From Octopus sinensis (taxonomy: Eukaryota): DNA of 64,000 bases. The stretch's first letter is position 1. Every line of letters starts with the position of its first letter. The position numbers and the translations under genes are program-made. Shown here in pieces: positions 26,426 through 39,644 of the stretch. Location of the stretch: NCBI RefSeq assembly GCF_006345805.1, contig NC_042999.1, positions 12,400,001 through 12,464,000 of the forward strand, read 5' to 3'. The notes beneath the pieces were generated by a model. It worked only from the letters and a program-made list of their open reading frames with translations, was not told the DNA's origin and did no database searches.

Positions 26426-28439
26426 AGCAAAATTTTTTATATACAAAAGCAAAGTGGCAAAAAACGCTCTCAACTTCAAACATTTCAGATACTTTGTGCT
26501 CGACAGATATCTAATTGATAAAAAAAAAGAACAACAACAGATCATACAATGGAAACTAGCAAGATGGAGGCTTGAGTTTGTAAACAGCTGGTAGTCCTCA
26601 AGTGTTATTTCTTGTAGAACTCTTAAGATCTTATGAGTGATTGATGATTGAGTGTGTAGTCTATTTTATTTTCTTCTATTTATTTATTTTTTAATCATCC
26701 TGTTCTCCCTTTTCTCTTTATTTGTTTTTTTTTTCAGTATTTTTTTCTTTATCTTAAGAATAAAAGAAGTCCTCTTCTCCGTTTTATACAAAACTTCACG
26801 GTCCCCTGGCCGTGCTGTTTCATATTATAACAGGGAAAACTGGAAATAAAAAGCTGGAATTACTTCGTTTTGACAGGGATTTTTCTCACTTTTTATTTCA
26901 CTATAACCTTTGAAATGATGGGGGCACATTTTTATATATAAAATAAAAAGGCTTTGAAAATTTTTCCACCCTACCATCCCACTCCAGACTGATTTTGGCC
27001 AATTTTTAAAAACTTAAAAACCATGTAAGTTGTAAATATTTTCAGAGGAAAAGGTGTACGATTCAAGGGAGATTTGGCTGGTGTTTCTAGCACATGCGAA
27101 ACTCATTCCGTTTTTACTCTCACGTGTATTTTCAATATTTTTCTCCCATTCCGAAGTTTTTTTTGGTAAAATGCATAGGGTTGCACTTGTAGAGCTCAAA
27201 TGCTAGGATTTCATTGGTTAAAATTCGAATCATTAAACTACGTTAAACTTAGAAATTACAATTTTGTTTTCAATTTTGTTTACAATAATGTTTTCTTTTG
27301 ACACATTCTACCAGTATACGAAGTTTCAAATTTTTTAGTTAACTAGAAAATTCCGTCCATCAGAAGGAAAAGATCCAAAAAGTATGCTATTAAAATGCAT
27401 TATTGTTTAGAAACCTCTTTTAAAAAAATCACTGTGAATAAATGCCAGCAATGACCTTCTCAGGCTCTCCAATATTTTAAATTATAAACAGAAACAATCG
27501 GCAGCAGGGAGGGGATTTGCCAAAAAAAAATCATAATTTTTCAAATTTTCTTAACATCTAAATGTATTTTTGGGGAGAAAAATATCCATACAGGAAATAA
27601 AAAATATTTCTACTTTACAAAGGCAAACATAGAAGAGATGAGGAAAGACGTGGAAAATATGAGATGGTTGGATGAGCTGGAATGTCTATGAATTGGACAG
27701 AATAACAGAGAAATATGTACCAAAGGACAAGAAGTGGCTCAATAATGATACATTTAGAAGAGTGCAGCAGAAACTGTATGGACGTTGGTTGCAGACCAAG
27801 AATGGGCAAGATTAATGAGGCCCCGACATCAGGAAATAAAGCAAAGAAGAGAGATTTAACGACAATGCCATACTTGGGCTCGGTGAGAAGGACAAGTTGT
27901 AAGAAATAGTCCGATGTAAACGGAATTTAATTAAATTAATTAAAATAAATGAGAAAAATTAGGTTTACCAGTCTTCATTTTCATACGTGTTAATGGATGA
28001 GTGAGTGGAAACGTTGGGGGAGATCAGTCGCCAGCCCAATCACTATTTTTTCGTGATTGAGCCGGATATTGAACTCGTCCCCGCCAAGGTACCACCCCAA
28101 CGCTCCTACCCACCGACCTGTACGACAATGGCAAGTGAAAATTAAGACTCATAAACCTAACTTTTTCCCACAGAGTTCAGTCCCACTATTTTTGTATTCA
28201 ATGTGACTGACCCAGAGTTTGAACTCGCACCCATTCTGGAACGACACCAATCTCTTCCCATCGAATTCAAGCAGTTTGTTTTGAAAACTCCTTCTTCCTG
28301 CCATGTCGCGCTGAGCCGAGTCAAAGACAGATTGTCCTAGAATTGCACGACAATCGTTAAATGTTCCGGTCGTCAATTATGTAAACAATAATTCATTTTA
28401 ATAGCCTCCTCTTTTTCTGCCATTGCTCCTCTTCCTGTC

Positions 28440-28525
28440 CACTCGTATTGCGACGTTAGAGGTAAAATTCTTGCATTACTGCAGCAAACACGTTTTCCTC
28501 GATCAACAGCGAAAGCCAGAAGTTC
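28440..28525 (+). pseudogene. Degenerate 18S rRNA fragment
   Basis: cactcgtattgcgacgttagaggtaaaattcttg...ttttcctcgatcaacagcgaaagccagaagttc parallels conserved 18S CATTCGTATTGCG.CGTTAGAGGTGAAATTCTTG...GTTTTC...ATCAAGA.CGAAAGTCAGAGGTTC, with internal deletions. Confidence 0.65.
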
Positions 28526-29689
28526 CTCCCAAAATCAGTCCACAGTGCTATGGTGAAAAAAGTTTCAAAACATTTTGTTGCAAACAATTTTCTTTATAAT
28601 CAAGGTGTTTGTACAAATTTTCATTAAAAGATATCAAGTTTCATAAAAGTTGTGAGGGGGAAAAAGTCGGATCGTATAAATTTACCAAATTTTCTGGAAC
28701 TCCTTTCTGTTCAATTAATTACTACTTTAACACCTGGCCACTAAAATAAACAAAGTGTAACAGGTGTAAAAGATTGTGTATAAAACAAATATGAAAACAA
28801 AAATTTGCGCCAAAGAATCGGGGAGAGGACTTTCGGAAAATCCACAGGATACGATTTTTTGCCTCATAACTTTTAAGAAAATGGATGTCTTTTAATCGAA
28901 ATTTTATATAAATACCTTTCAAATAGCATATATTATGATTATATAGAAATCTGTGCGGAAAATTGTTTTCGTTGGCGCAATTCGTTTAATACCCATTTAC
29001 TCTGAATCCACAGCATCTAAGCGGTATTTGTTGAAAATTTCCTTAAAATGTATCCATCTTTCTGGATGTTATGAAGCAACAAAGTCGGAGGTGGGGGCCA
29101 CATCTGTAATTATGTCACTCAGTTTATATTTTAAATATTTAGAAGACAGTTTTCCTGGCTTATTTACAAAATCCAATGCTGTTCATGTTTGTCGTGCAAA
29201 CAAATTGATGGGGAGATGCAAAAAAATTTTCTGAACTTTTTCATAAAAAGATACCCCACCCCCCCACATGATTTCGAAGGCTTTGGTAAAAAAAAATGGG
29301 ACGAATACATTGGAAAATGGCTTGCGAAATCGCTTCAGCTGAAAGACTGATTGAATAACTACCAGGCTCAAAATAAAAATAACTACTGCAGTCGATTTAT
29401 TCGACCGAAACCTTTGCTGTGGTGCCCCAGTATGGCCGCAGTCCAGTAAATGAAACAAGTAAATGATATAAGATAATACCTTTACATTCTACTTGTTTCA
29501 GTCATTGGACTGCGGCCCAGATGGGTTAACAAAATTAAGCAAAGACGAGTTAAGAGCAAACGGAATGTTTTTATGAGTTGAGAATCAAAAGTGGTGACAT
29601 TTCGGTGAGAGTTGAGTGCTAAAGACACCGTTTTTGGTGATATTAGAGTCTGTCAGTAAAACAGCATTGTGTCTCATTCATTGATGGGA

Positions 29690-30470
29690 AATTGGAGAAA
29701 GGTAGAGCCACTAGAATAAGAATAGCTTGAGCAAAGTTCAGAAAGCTCCTACCTCTTCTGCTGACAAAGGGCCTCTCGCTCAGAGTGAAAGGTAGATTAT
29801 ATGATGCATATGTGCAAACTGCCATGCTTCACGGTGGTGGAACATGGGCCATGACTGCTGAAGACATGCTAGAAATGAAGCTAGTATGATCCATTGGATG
29901 TGTAATGTCAGTGTGCACACATGACAGAGTGTAAGTGCCCTGAGAGAAATGTTGGACATAAGAAGCATCAAATGTGGTGTGCAAGAGAGACGACTGCATT
30001 GGTATGGTTATGTACTGCATATGGATGAGGAGATCTGTGTGAAGAAGTGTCACTCCCAAACAGTGGAAGGAACCTGTGGAAGAGGGAGACCCAGGAAGAC
30101 ATGGGATGAGATGGTGAAGCATGACCTTCAAACGTTGGGCTTCACAGAGGCAATGATGAAAGACCGAGACCTCTGGTAATATGCTGTGATTGAGAAGACC
30201 TGGCATAGCCTATACCAGTGTCGCATAATCAGCCTATTTAAAAAGTACCTTTGAATCATGCTTGAGAGACCCATTGCGTCAATCAAATCATAATCAAAAT
30301 GGAAATTATAGTTGTGGCTGATGCCAGTGCCACCTGACTGGCTCTTGTGCTGGTAGCATGTAATGAGCGCCATTCATGCGTGGGTTATTGCCAGTGCTGC
30401 TGGACTGGCTCCCCATGCCAGTGGCACGTAAAAAGCACCATCTGAACATAGATGATGTTAAATGACAATG
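29690..30470 (+). mobile_element. RTE 3' fragment
   Basis: RIRIA.AKFRKLLPLL...RRLHWYGYV...GRGRPRKTWDE and 3'UTR repeats. Confidence 0.88.
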
Positions 30471-30942
30471 TTATTTCATTAAATCTTCCTTATTTTCAAA
30501 ATTAACTGAAACAAAAGCAGTGCATTTCAATAGGAACAAAAGGATTAAATCGTGAGAGGCACCCATCCATCAAGCCTTCATAGTTTTCCATATTCTCAAT
30601 CTCCCCCTCACACAACATTTACGTGTATAACTAATGCCACGACCCATTTTGAGTTTGTTTATAAAATCTTTATTTTGTATTGAAATGTAGCATTTGTATA
30701 ATTATGGTTGTGTTTCCGCATTCAGTTTGAGAATTTCTCTTTCAAATAACATTTTTCTCTCTCACAGAGATTGCCTAAGAAACATTTAGACATTTCTAAA
30801 TACCCCACTATCAATACTGATGGATCAGTCAGTTAATTTGCTTACATTTAAACATTATGTAAAAAGTTGTAGATTTTCGCAGTGATGGTGCCATCCAACT
30901 TTGAATGACTGTTTTGAATATATATTCGGCATCTACTTTCAG

Positions 30943-31114
30943 GGGCAGAAGTATTCATCTGGAGAAAATCAAAAGCCGTCTGAAGCAGGAGTTTGATGTT
31001 ACAGAATGTGAAGAACAATGTCTTGAAGAATATAAGCAAGAGATGGAATTGTTACTTCAGGAAAAGATGGCACATGTTGAAGAATTACGACTTATTCATG
31101 CAGACATTAACTTG
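30943..31114 (+). CDS. ZC4H2: ZC4H2 exon 2 (coiled coil; ...[29 protein letters not shown])
   Basis: ctttcag acceptor and gtttgt donor; near-identical to the vertebrate ZC4H2 segment; phase 2-0. Confidence 0.97.
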
Positions 31115-32399
31115 GTTTGTAAATTGTTTCTTTGTTACTAGAAACAAGAAGAATCCACATTTCTTAAATCTTGATCCTATTCTGTTTTTAAACTTTAATA
31201 ATTTGAAAGATATAGCATTGTGGAACAGATTTTTTATTTTGTGATAAGTTTAATGCTTTTCTTTTACAAAATACTCACGTAGGAAATAAGAATGATGCTG
31301 ATTGTCTGCCAGATAGTAATAAGAGCAGCTTACTTTAACTTTTGGTACTATTTTTTTTATGGTATGGTTCTTCTGGCCATTACTGAGGAGTTTAAGCTGT
31401 CTTTGGAGTACTTCTATATGTTGATGATTTAGTTCTCATAGCTTAATCTATCAAAGAATTTGAAAACAAGTCTGAAATGTGGCAGTAAAACCAAGAATTG
31501 AGAAATATTAATATTCTAAAGAAGACCTTTAAGCAATGCAGGTGAGAAGTTATGCAAAATATTTAAAGTGCTGTCAATAAATAATAACAAAGACAAGATA
31601 TTGTATTATGCTGTATAGATTATTTAAGGCTTCTATAAGGAGTTTGGAGAAAAGTGTTATTATAGGCAGGTCATTCTGATGTATTCCACAACATTAAACA
31701 AACTCTGTAACATGATACAGTTTCTTGCTTTGTCTTCATTTATTGGCATCACCTTACCTATTTTGCCTGATTTCTCACATTATTTAAAGCTTTTCTCACA
31801 GAGCCAATGACGAAAGACCAAGAGCTCTGGAGATATGCTGTGATTGAGAAGACCCGGCAAGTAAAGTGAGATCACAGCCATAGCCTACACCAGTATCGCA
31901 TAACCAGTCCATTTAAAAAGTTCCTTTGAATCATGCTTGAGAGACCCATTGCGTCAATCAAAAATCAAATCATTATCAAAAATGGAAATTATAGTTTCTT
32001 TAAAATATATTTTATTTACATATAGCAGTAAATTATAATCTTTTAGAATTGAGAGATTTTAAAATAAACCTCACAAATACAAGATTTAGTTAGCAATGAA
32101 GAAGACAGGATTATTGATACCAAGAAGGCAAGCATGCTTCATGGGCAGAAAAGCAGTTGATAAGAAGACTGTATTTTGTACCCAATATAAACAATGGGTA
32201 CACAAGAGATGTAGTGGGATGAGAGGCAGGCTGGGACAGAAAGGGTAGACTTTGGATGGGAATTGGGGTAGTTAACAAAAACATTACACAAGTTAATTAA
32301 TCTTTAGAATAATATCTTTTATTTTCATTGTTACTTTTATTTTTTAATAATTTTTGAATTTATTTTACTTTTTCTTCTCACTTTTTGTTTTGATTATAG

Positions 32400-32572
32400 A
32401 TGGAAACAACGATCAAACAAGCGGAAGAGGAGCGGAATAAGGCCCTCGATTCTACAAAGAGACTCTATGAAGAATATACACCTCTTAAGGATGAAGTAGA
32501 TAATTTAAGAATGTCTGTTGGACTAGAAAAGTTACCAGATCTGCAAGACGAGGAAGAAAAACTCACTCCAGA
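32400..32572 (+). CDS. ZC4H2: ZC4H2 exon 3 ([26 protein letters not shown]...[13 protein letters not shown])
   Basis: ttatag acceptor and gtaagc donor; matches MENTIKQSE...LPDLCEEEEKL; phase 0-2. Confidence 0.96.
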
Positions 32573-33015
32573 GTAAGCATTGCATGTTTTTGCCTTCTCC
32601 TGTTTGTTATGAATTGTTATATTTTAAAATTAATGACTGAATTTTACTTTCATGTGAATGCATAGTCTTTTATTTGAATCCTTTGAATGTATCCCATGAA
32701 GAAGAGACTGACCCCTAATTAACAACCAAAGCCCTATCACTGGGATTTAGACATCAACAACTGTTACATACCACACTTTAGAAAAGTCTTCAGTGTTTTT
32801 ACTGTTCTGCTTAAAGCCTGAATTTGGTGAATATATGTTAGATGAAGTTTTCTCTTGCCTTAAATCTTAGCTTTTCAAGATTACTGTTTCTAAGTAAGTA
32901 ATCTTTCCCATTGCCAGACATGTTTTCGCAGGATATTAGAAGCGAATAACAGTGACACTCGCTAACAACTATTGTAATACCATGATACAGAGATAAACAC
33001 ATACACACACATATA

Positions 33016-33420
33016 TCATCATCATCATCGTTTAAAGTCTGCTTTCCATGCTAGCATGGGTTGGACGGTTCGACCGGGGTCTGGGAAGCCAGAAGGCTGC
33101 ACCAGGCCCAGTCTGATCTGGCAGTGTTTCTACAGCTGGATGCGCTTCCTAATGCCAACCACTCCGTGAGTGTAGTGGGTGCTTTTTACGTGCCACCTGC
33201 ACGGAGGCCAGTCAAGGCAGCATTGGCAATGGCCGTGTTCGGATGGTTCTTTTATGTGCCACTGCCACTGCTATCACAACTGCAGTTTCCATTGATTTTT
33301 GATCGATTTCGATTTCATTTGCCTCAACAGGTCTTCACAAGCACAGTTTTGTGTCCCAAGAAGGAAAGGTAGGCATAAGTGGGCTGGCTACATCCCAGGT
33401 AGAGGCCACAGGTTATGGGC
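33016..33420 (-). mobile_element. RTE 3'UTR/tail copy
   Basis: (CAT)n tail and the same 3'UTR as the adjacent copy. Confidence 0.85.
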
Positions 33421-33457
33421 ACGTTCAGATGGTTCTTGGCCACACACACACTCACAT

Positions 33458-35372
33458 ATCATCATCATCATCATCATCATCGTTTAACGTCCGTTCTCCA
33501 TGCTAGCATGGGTTGGATGGTTCGACCGGGGATCTGGGAAGCCAGATGGCTGCACCAGGCCAAGTCTGATCTGGCAGTGTTTCTACAGCTGGATGCCCTT
33601 CCTAACGGCAACCACTCCGTGAGTGTAGTGGGTGCTTTTTACGTGCCACCTGCACTGGTGCCAGGCGAAGCTGGCATCGGCCACGGTCGGATTGGTGCAT
33701 ATTACGTGCCACCTGCATGGAAGCCAGTCGAGGCAGCACTGGCTTCGGCCACGATTCGGATGGTACTTTTTACGTGCCACCGACACGGAAGCCAGTCGAG
33801 GCGGCGCTGGCATCGGTCACGATTCGGATAGTGCTTTTTACGTATCTCCAGTCCAGGGGTCCTGGCATCTGCCGGGTGCCAGTCATAGGATTGGTTCAAT
33901 TTCGATTCCGATTTCACTTGCCCCAACAGGTCTTCGCAAGCAAAGGGGCGTAGGCATAGGTGCCTGTCGTCGGATGAGGTTCGATATCGACTTCGCTTGC
34001 CTCAACAGGTCTTTGTGTGTCCAAGGGAGGAAAGGCATGCATAAGTGGGCTGGACTCACTTGTCCTGCCTGGTCTTTTCACGCACAGCATATTTCCAAAG
34101 GTCTCGGTCGCTGGTCATTTCCTCAGTGAGACCTAAAGTTCGAAGGTCGTGCTTCACCACCTCGTCCCAAGTTTTCCTGGGTCTACCTCTTCCACGGGTT
34201 CCCTCCACTGCTAGGGATATGCACTTTTTCACACACCTATCTTCATCCATTCTCGCCACATGACCATACCAGCGCAATCGTCTCTCTTGCACACCACAAC
34301 TGATGCTCCTTAGGTCCAACATTTCTCTCAGGGTACTAACGCTCTGTCGAGCATGCACACTGACATTACACATCCATCGGAGCATACAGGCTTCATTTCT
34401 CGCGAGCTTACGCATGTCCTCAGCAGTCACGGCCCATGTTTCACTGCCATGTAGCATGGCTGTTCGTACACACGCGTCATACAGTCTGCCTTTTACTCTG
34501 AGCAAGAGGCCTTTAGTCACCAGCAGAGGTAAGAGCTCCCTAAACTTTGCCCAGGCTATTCTTACTCTAGCAGTTACACTTTCAGCACACCCACCCCCAC
34601 TACTGACTTGGTCACCAAGATAACGGAAGCTATCAACTACTTCTAGTTTTTCCCCCTGGAAAGTGACGGAAGTTGTTCTCTGTACATTTTCAGTGTTTAT
34701 TGCTCCCGAGCATCTGCCACATACAAAAACCATCTTCCTAGTTAGCTTTCCTATGACATTGCTGCACCTCTTATGTGTCCATAGCTTACACTTGGTGCAT
34801 CTTATAGAGTTTCTACCTACACCTTTTCTACAGATCAAGCAGGGCCATCTACCTGAAGGCGTTTGTGATTTGTCTACCTTCCTACTTATTACGACTTTGG
34901 TTTTAGCTAGATTGACTCTAAGGCCCTTCGATTCTAAACCTTGCTTCCACACCTGAAACTTCTCCTCCAGTTCTGATAGTGACTCAGCAATTAGAGCAAG
35001 GTCATCAGCATAGAGGAGCTCCCAGGGGCATCCTGTCTTGAATTCCTCCGTTATTGCCTGGAGGAGTATGATAAATAGGAGGGGGCTGAGGACTGAGCCT
35101 TGGTGGACCCCTACCTCTACCCGGAATTCTTCACTGTACTCGTTGCCAACCCTCACCTTACTAGCAGCATCCCTGTACATGGCTCGCACAGCTCTCACTA
35201 ACCATTCATCTGTCCCTAGTTTCCTCATTGACCACCAGATGAGGGATCGGGGGACCCTGTCGAAGGCTTTCTCCATGTCAACAAAAGCCAGGTACAGGGG
35301 CTTATCTTTGGCTAGGTATTTCTCCTGCAGCTGCCTTACCAGGAATATAGCATCAGTGGTACTTTACCCTGG
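33458..35372 (-). mobile_element. Young 5'-truncated RTE LINE with open RT C-half (ORF 34056-35276) carrying an intact PHD finger
   Basis: 406-aa uninterrupted ORF: EKAFDRVP, HQGSVLSPLLF, LLYADD, C4HC3 finger, FRYLG, RLRWYGHVARM; 3'UTR and (ATG)n tail. Confidence 0.96.
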
Positions 35373-35539
35373 CTTACTTAAATTCTGCATGGAAAGTGCA
35401 TGTTTCTTTCAAAAACACCAACTCCTCCTCCTCCTTCCTTTACTCGGTTTTTCTTTTCCCATTGGTGGTGGTAACAAGCATTGCTTCCCCAACTGGCTTT
35501 CCATATTCCCCATGCTTTCAACGAGGATCTTACACAATC

Positions 35540-36232
35540 CTTAAATCATAGTCTTGATTTCTGCTCTGGGCTCTCCGCAAACAAGTTCACCATACAGAGT
35601 TTGTTTAGGCATCCTCTGATCATTCGTCCAAACAAGATGTCCAATCCAATGTAAATGGTGCTTGTGCACCGTTGTTTCAATGCTCAGGACATCTGTTCTT
35701 TCCAAGAGTTCTGTTCCTGGAGTCAGCCAACATTCAGAACATGTCTGAGACATCTCTGATGGAAGCATTCAAGGTCTCCTACATGATGCCAGTAAAGGCT
35801 CCATGTCTCATATGAGTAAAGGAGTGATGCCAGAATACGCACACACACACACACAGAAAGTGCACAACTTTTGTCTGCCTTGTGATGCCATGTTGGGACT
35901 GGATATAAGACTCAAAAGAGCCCTGAAGGAATCAGTTGTCTTCTGAAGCCTCTGAGGTATTTCATCAGCCAAGGAGCAAGAACAGCTGAGTGTGCTGCCC
36001 AAGTAGAAAAACTTGTGTAACACTTTCAGTACTTTTCCTTCAACTAGGATGGTTTCACATCCTAGCACAAGATGGAGCATTACAACAGATTTGTCCAGGC
36101 TAATGCTAAGTCCAGATGCCTTGTAGGATGAAGAAATATGGTCCTTGAAAATTTGCATATTATCACCTGTAGGAGCAACTAAGTTGCAGTCATCCACATA
36201 CAGGCACTCACACACAGACAGAGCCATTTTCT
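35540..36232 (-). mobile_element. Different, older RTE/BovB-like LINE fragment without a PHD insert
   Basis: LYVDDC...ISLDKSVVM...FFYLGSTL...HLHWIGHLVW...RMPKQTLYGEL. Confidence 0.8.
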
Positions 36233-38017
36233 TCAACCAAATCCACTCACAAGGCTTTGGTCAGCCCACAGCTATAGTGGAAGACACTTACTCATGGTGC
36301 CATGCAGTGGGACTGAACTCAAAATCATGTGGTTGGGAAGCAAACTTCTTAACCACATAGCTGTGACTCATCCAAGCCATGGCTTGGACAGAAAAAAAAT
36401 TTTAATAAAAAGAGATTTCATATAGATTACCATATTGAAATTGAGAAAAGTGTGTCATGCTTTCATTATTTTGTTTTATTTACTGATTAAATGTGTAAAC
36501 ATAATGCTTCTTTTTCTTTATCTGGAAACTCTTTTTAAAATCATTAATTTTTGAGTAATATAACCAAGTTCAATATTAATTATCTAACTGCATTCTAAGC
36601 CTCAAAGAGTAGTGTTTAGCATCAGTTGTTTCAAACCATGAAGTAAATGACAGATGAATATAGGATACTAGTCTATTGCAAGTAATATATCCAGATGCAG
36701 TGGTTCCTATCCCCTGACAAAAGCTCCGTGAACTGAGACTGTTGCCTAAAGACTTCTGGTCAGAAACACATTGAAATCCCTAGTTTTGTGGACAACCAGA
36801 TCACTCAGCCATTGTCCCCTGTATCAGTGTAATTCAATAATCTAGCTGAAGTATCTGCCTCTAAGTATTTTCCTTTTCACTGATTCTAAGATTTTCTCAT
36901 CCACATGAAGAATAAATGAAGGATAATATTCTTGTTGTCCGTTGTTGTTTTTCATATTCATTTCATGCTTTATTGCTAAAATACTTCAGATTTGGAGGTG
37001 ATGTGTCGGGGAACTAATCTAAAACAATTATTTCTTAAAATTAGTTTTTCTTTGTATTTAAAGTTAATACTGTGCAGTTGACAGTTTTTCATTTGTTGCT
37101 CTCTGATTTGGCTTAATTTTTTTGGTTATGAGTTTGTTAATTCTTTTATCATATTTAATATCATATCTCTTGCACTTTTACTCCCTAAAATGTGTGAAAA
37201 AAAATCACCATGGGTTCTATATGCAAAGTTGGGCCTGCCATGAGCTAATTTTGTCAATGGCATTCTCTTTTCTGTATACACTGCTGAAATTCGAGTGCAT
37301 TCATCTGATATGCCCATGACTCTTTTATGCCATTAAATATGGACATGTGGCTGGATTTTTTTTTTTTTTTTTTTGTAAAACAAAAATGAAATAACCGTCT
37401 TTCTACTCGTCACCCCAAGTGATGTCTATTCATCCTTTACTAAACTAACTGATTTTATCATTCATGAGTTCAGTATGATATGGATTGATAATTTAGTAAA
37501 TATAATTGAAATTAACTTTTGTAAATTTGTGTTAAAAAAGCAACTTCTGTTCATTTTTAATTTTATTAACTCACTTCAAAAATGGAAAATTGATGAATAA
37601 CTGGTTGAAGAAATGTATTTAAGAGAATGGCAAATATTTTGGGGAAATTGATGAAAGAAATATTTAAATGAGTAACAGTGTTACTGAGAAAATATGTTGT
37701 GTGTTCATTTAACCCTTTAGCACTTCAACCAGCCATATCTGGCCCAAATATTCTACCTATTTTATGTTTTAACTGGCCAGATCTGACCTCTTATACTTAC
37801 CCTACCGTGTCATTCAAAAATATATAACCACATCATTGAAATCTCAAAGTTATGAGATAATGTTTTGTTAATTGAAAACAATTTGACAGAACATCCTGAA
37901 TGCTAAAGTGTTTAAGAAATAGACAAAAATATATGTTTAAAAAATTAATTCAAAAAGTTAATTATCTTCACAAGTCTGAAGTTTAGGAATAAAATTGTTA
38001 AAATGATTGTCTTCCAG

Positions 38018-38174
38018 ATATTTTGAGAAGCAGAATGTTGAATGGCAGTCAGAGAGTGTTGAATCTTCGTTGCCACAGTCATTAGCAGTTGCTGCTGCAG
38101 CTGCACAGCAAATTCAAGTCCCTCGCAATAAAAATGAACGCCAGACATTCCGTCAGCAGCCACCACCAATGAAG
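38018..38174 (+). CDS. ZC4H2: ZC4H2 exon 4 ([10 protein letters not shown]...[12 protein letters not shown]...[10 protein letters not shown])
   Basis: cttccag acceptor and gtaaaa donor; matches YFEKQKAEWQ...FRQQPPPMK; phase 2-0. Confidence 0.97.
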
Positions 38175-38779
38175 GTAAAACTTTGTATTCACCAAATTTA
38201 TATTGAAATAATCAGTTGTAGAAAATCCTTTTTGTCAATCAATGGATGTAAGCATAGCTGTGTGATTAAGAAGTCAGTCTGACAACTACAAGGTTCCAAG
38301 TCTGATGCTTGTTCTATGGCATCTTGGACACAGTTATGAGTTAAACAGTACTTTTTGTGTAGAATTTAAGAGACAGAAAATGTATGTATGTGTGTGTATA
38401 TATATATATGAAAGTCTATGAGGATAACTGGATACAATTTTTGAAGTGTAAAGGTGATTTTAAAGAAAAAAATCATTTTTTAAAAGAATATTATGAAATC
38501 TTTTATGAGGATGTTACTAACCTTTTTTGGGAAGAAGTTTTTTTTCTAGTGTGTGAATGCTTTTGTTAAACCTTTTCAAACACACGTGCTCATAAAGAGG
38601 AAGTTGTTATTTTTGTGGTTGTGATAGTATTATTTCCGGACTTATGGTTTTGGTCATAAATATTTTTTTACCAGTGTTTATTATATGGGGTGTTGGCTAT
38701 TTTTGGTTTAATTTCAGATTTAAAATTGTTATAAAGTATTCTTCTTCTGTCTTTCATAGTTGTACATTTTCATCATTTA

Positions 38780-39640
38780 TTTTGTAAATTTTTCATTTGC
38801 ACAGATGTCTCGATGGTCACTGCATGGGACATTCATAAAAGATGGATCCCTATTTTGTTGTCTATGCACATTTGGTTCGTTTCCTTCCTGTCTCTCCAAT
38901 CTAGTTTCCGTTGCCTTGTAGGCATGTGATGCTATAGATGAGGTTTTTTGTTTTGCATTCACTTTCTTGAATCTTTTGGTTGTCCCTTGCTCAATAAATT
39001 CAAATGTCCCATAATGGGGGGTCTCCACAGTTGGTTACTTGCATCATTTCTTTTTCAAATGTGAATCTTGCCTCTGTTAGAAGTCTCTTGGGGTTAAGTG
39101 GTTGTTTTCGACTAATTCATGTAGATTTGGGAGGTATCGTTTGGCTGAGTGTAGGATGTTGTGGTTTCCAGGATTGTGGGTGACTACAAACAAAATATTT
39201 GTATTTTCACACCTATCCTGAGTTTTTCTCCATCAGCTAGAAATCGGGATTTCCTTTGCTTCTACTGTGGCATGTTGAATTAACTTGTTGGGATATTTTT
39301 GTTTCTCAACGAATATATTAAGTTCTGCCAGTTGTTTCTCTTGTCTAATAGTATCTGTGACTATTGAGCATATTAAATCGTTTGTTCCTTTTTGTATGGG
39401 AAGAGTGGTAAGATCTAAAATCTAAATATTGGTGTGTGTCTGTGTTCTTGTAGTAGAGGTAAGTTGAAACTGTTTCATTTTCTTTAATTTTCAGGATGTT
39501 CAGAAAGGGGAGTTCCTTTTCATCCGTTCCCATAGTGAACTGGATTGAGACATGAATGCTATTTGCTAATTTAAGAAATTTTCTAAGGTCTTCCTTATCT
39601 TGGTTCCAAAATATAAAGCAGTCGTCTAAGAATCTTTTGT
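38780..39640 (-). mobile_element. Penelope-like element remnant (RT C-half and thumb)
   Basis: RFLDDCF...IQFTM...ELPFLNI...YYKNTDTHQYLDFRSYHSSHTK. Confidence 0.75.
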
Positions 39641-39644
39641 ATAT

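Larger units (their letters stand above)
23137..26600. mobile_element. L1/Tx1-clade LINE remnant in alternating orientations
   Basis: Minus: SKAKWIDEGEK, SPGSDGFT, NWRPISLLN; plus: RQGDPLSPYIF, QYADN; minus: GRIVVIKSLLISKL, EGGL; plus: CTFC...ETSSHIFWYC zinc knuckle. Confidence 0.88.

Noticed and set aside
34056-35276. 406-aa ORF as a domesticated host gene
   Set aside because: It is 5'-truncated mid-RT and keeps the LINE 3'UTR and (ATG)n tail, as expected of a recent insertion.
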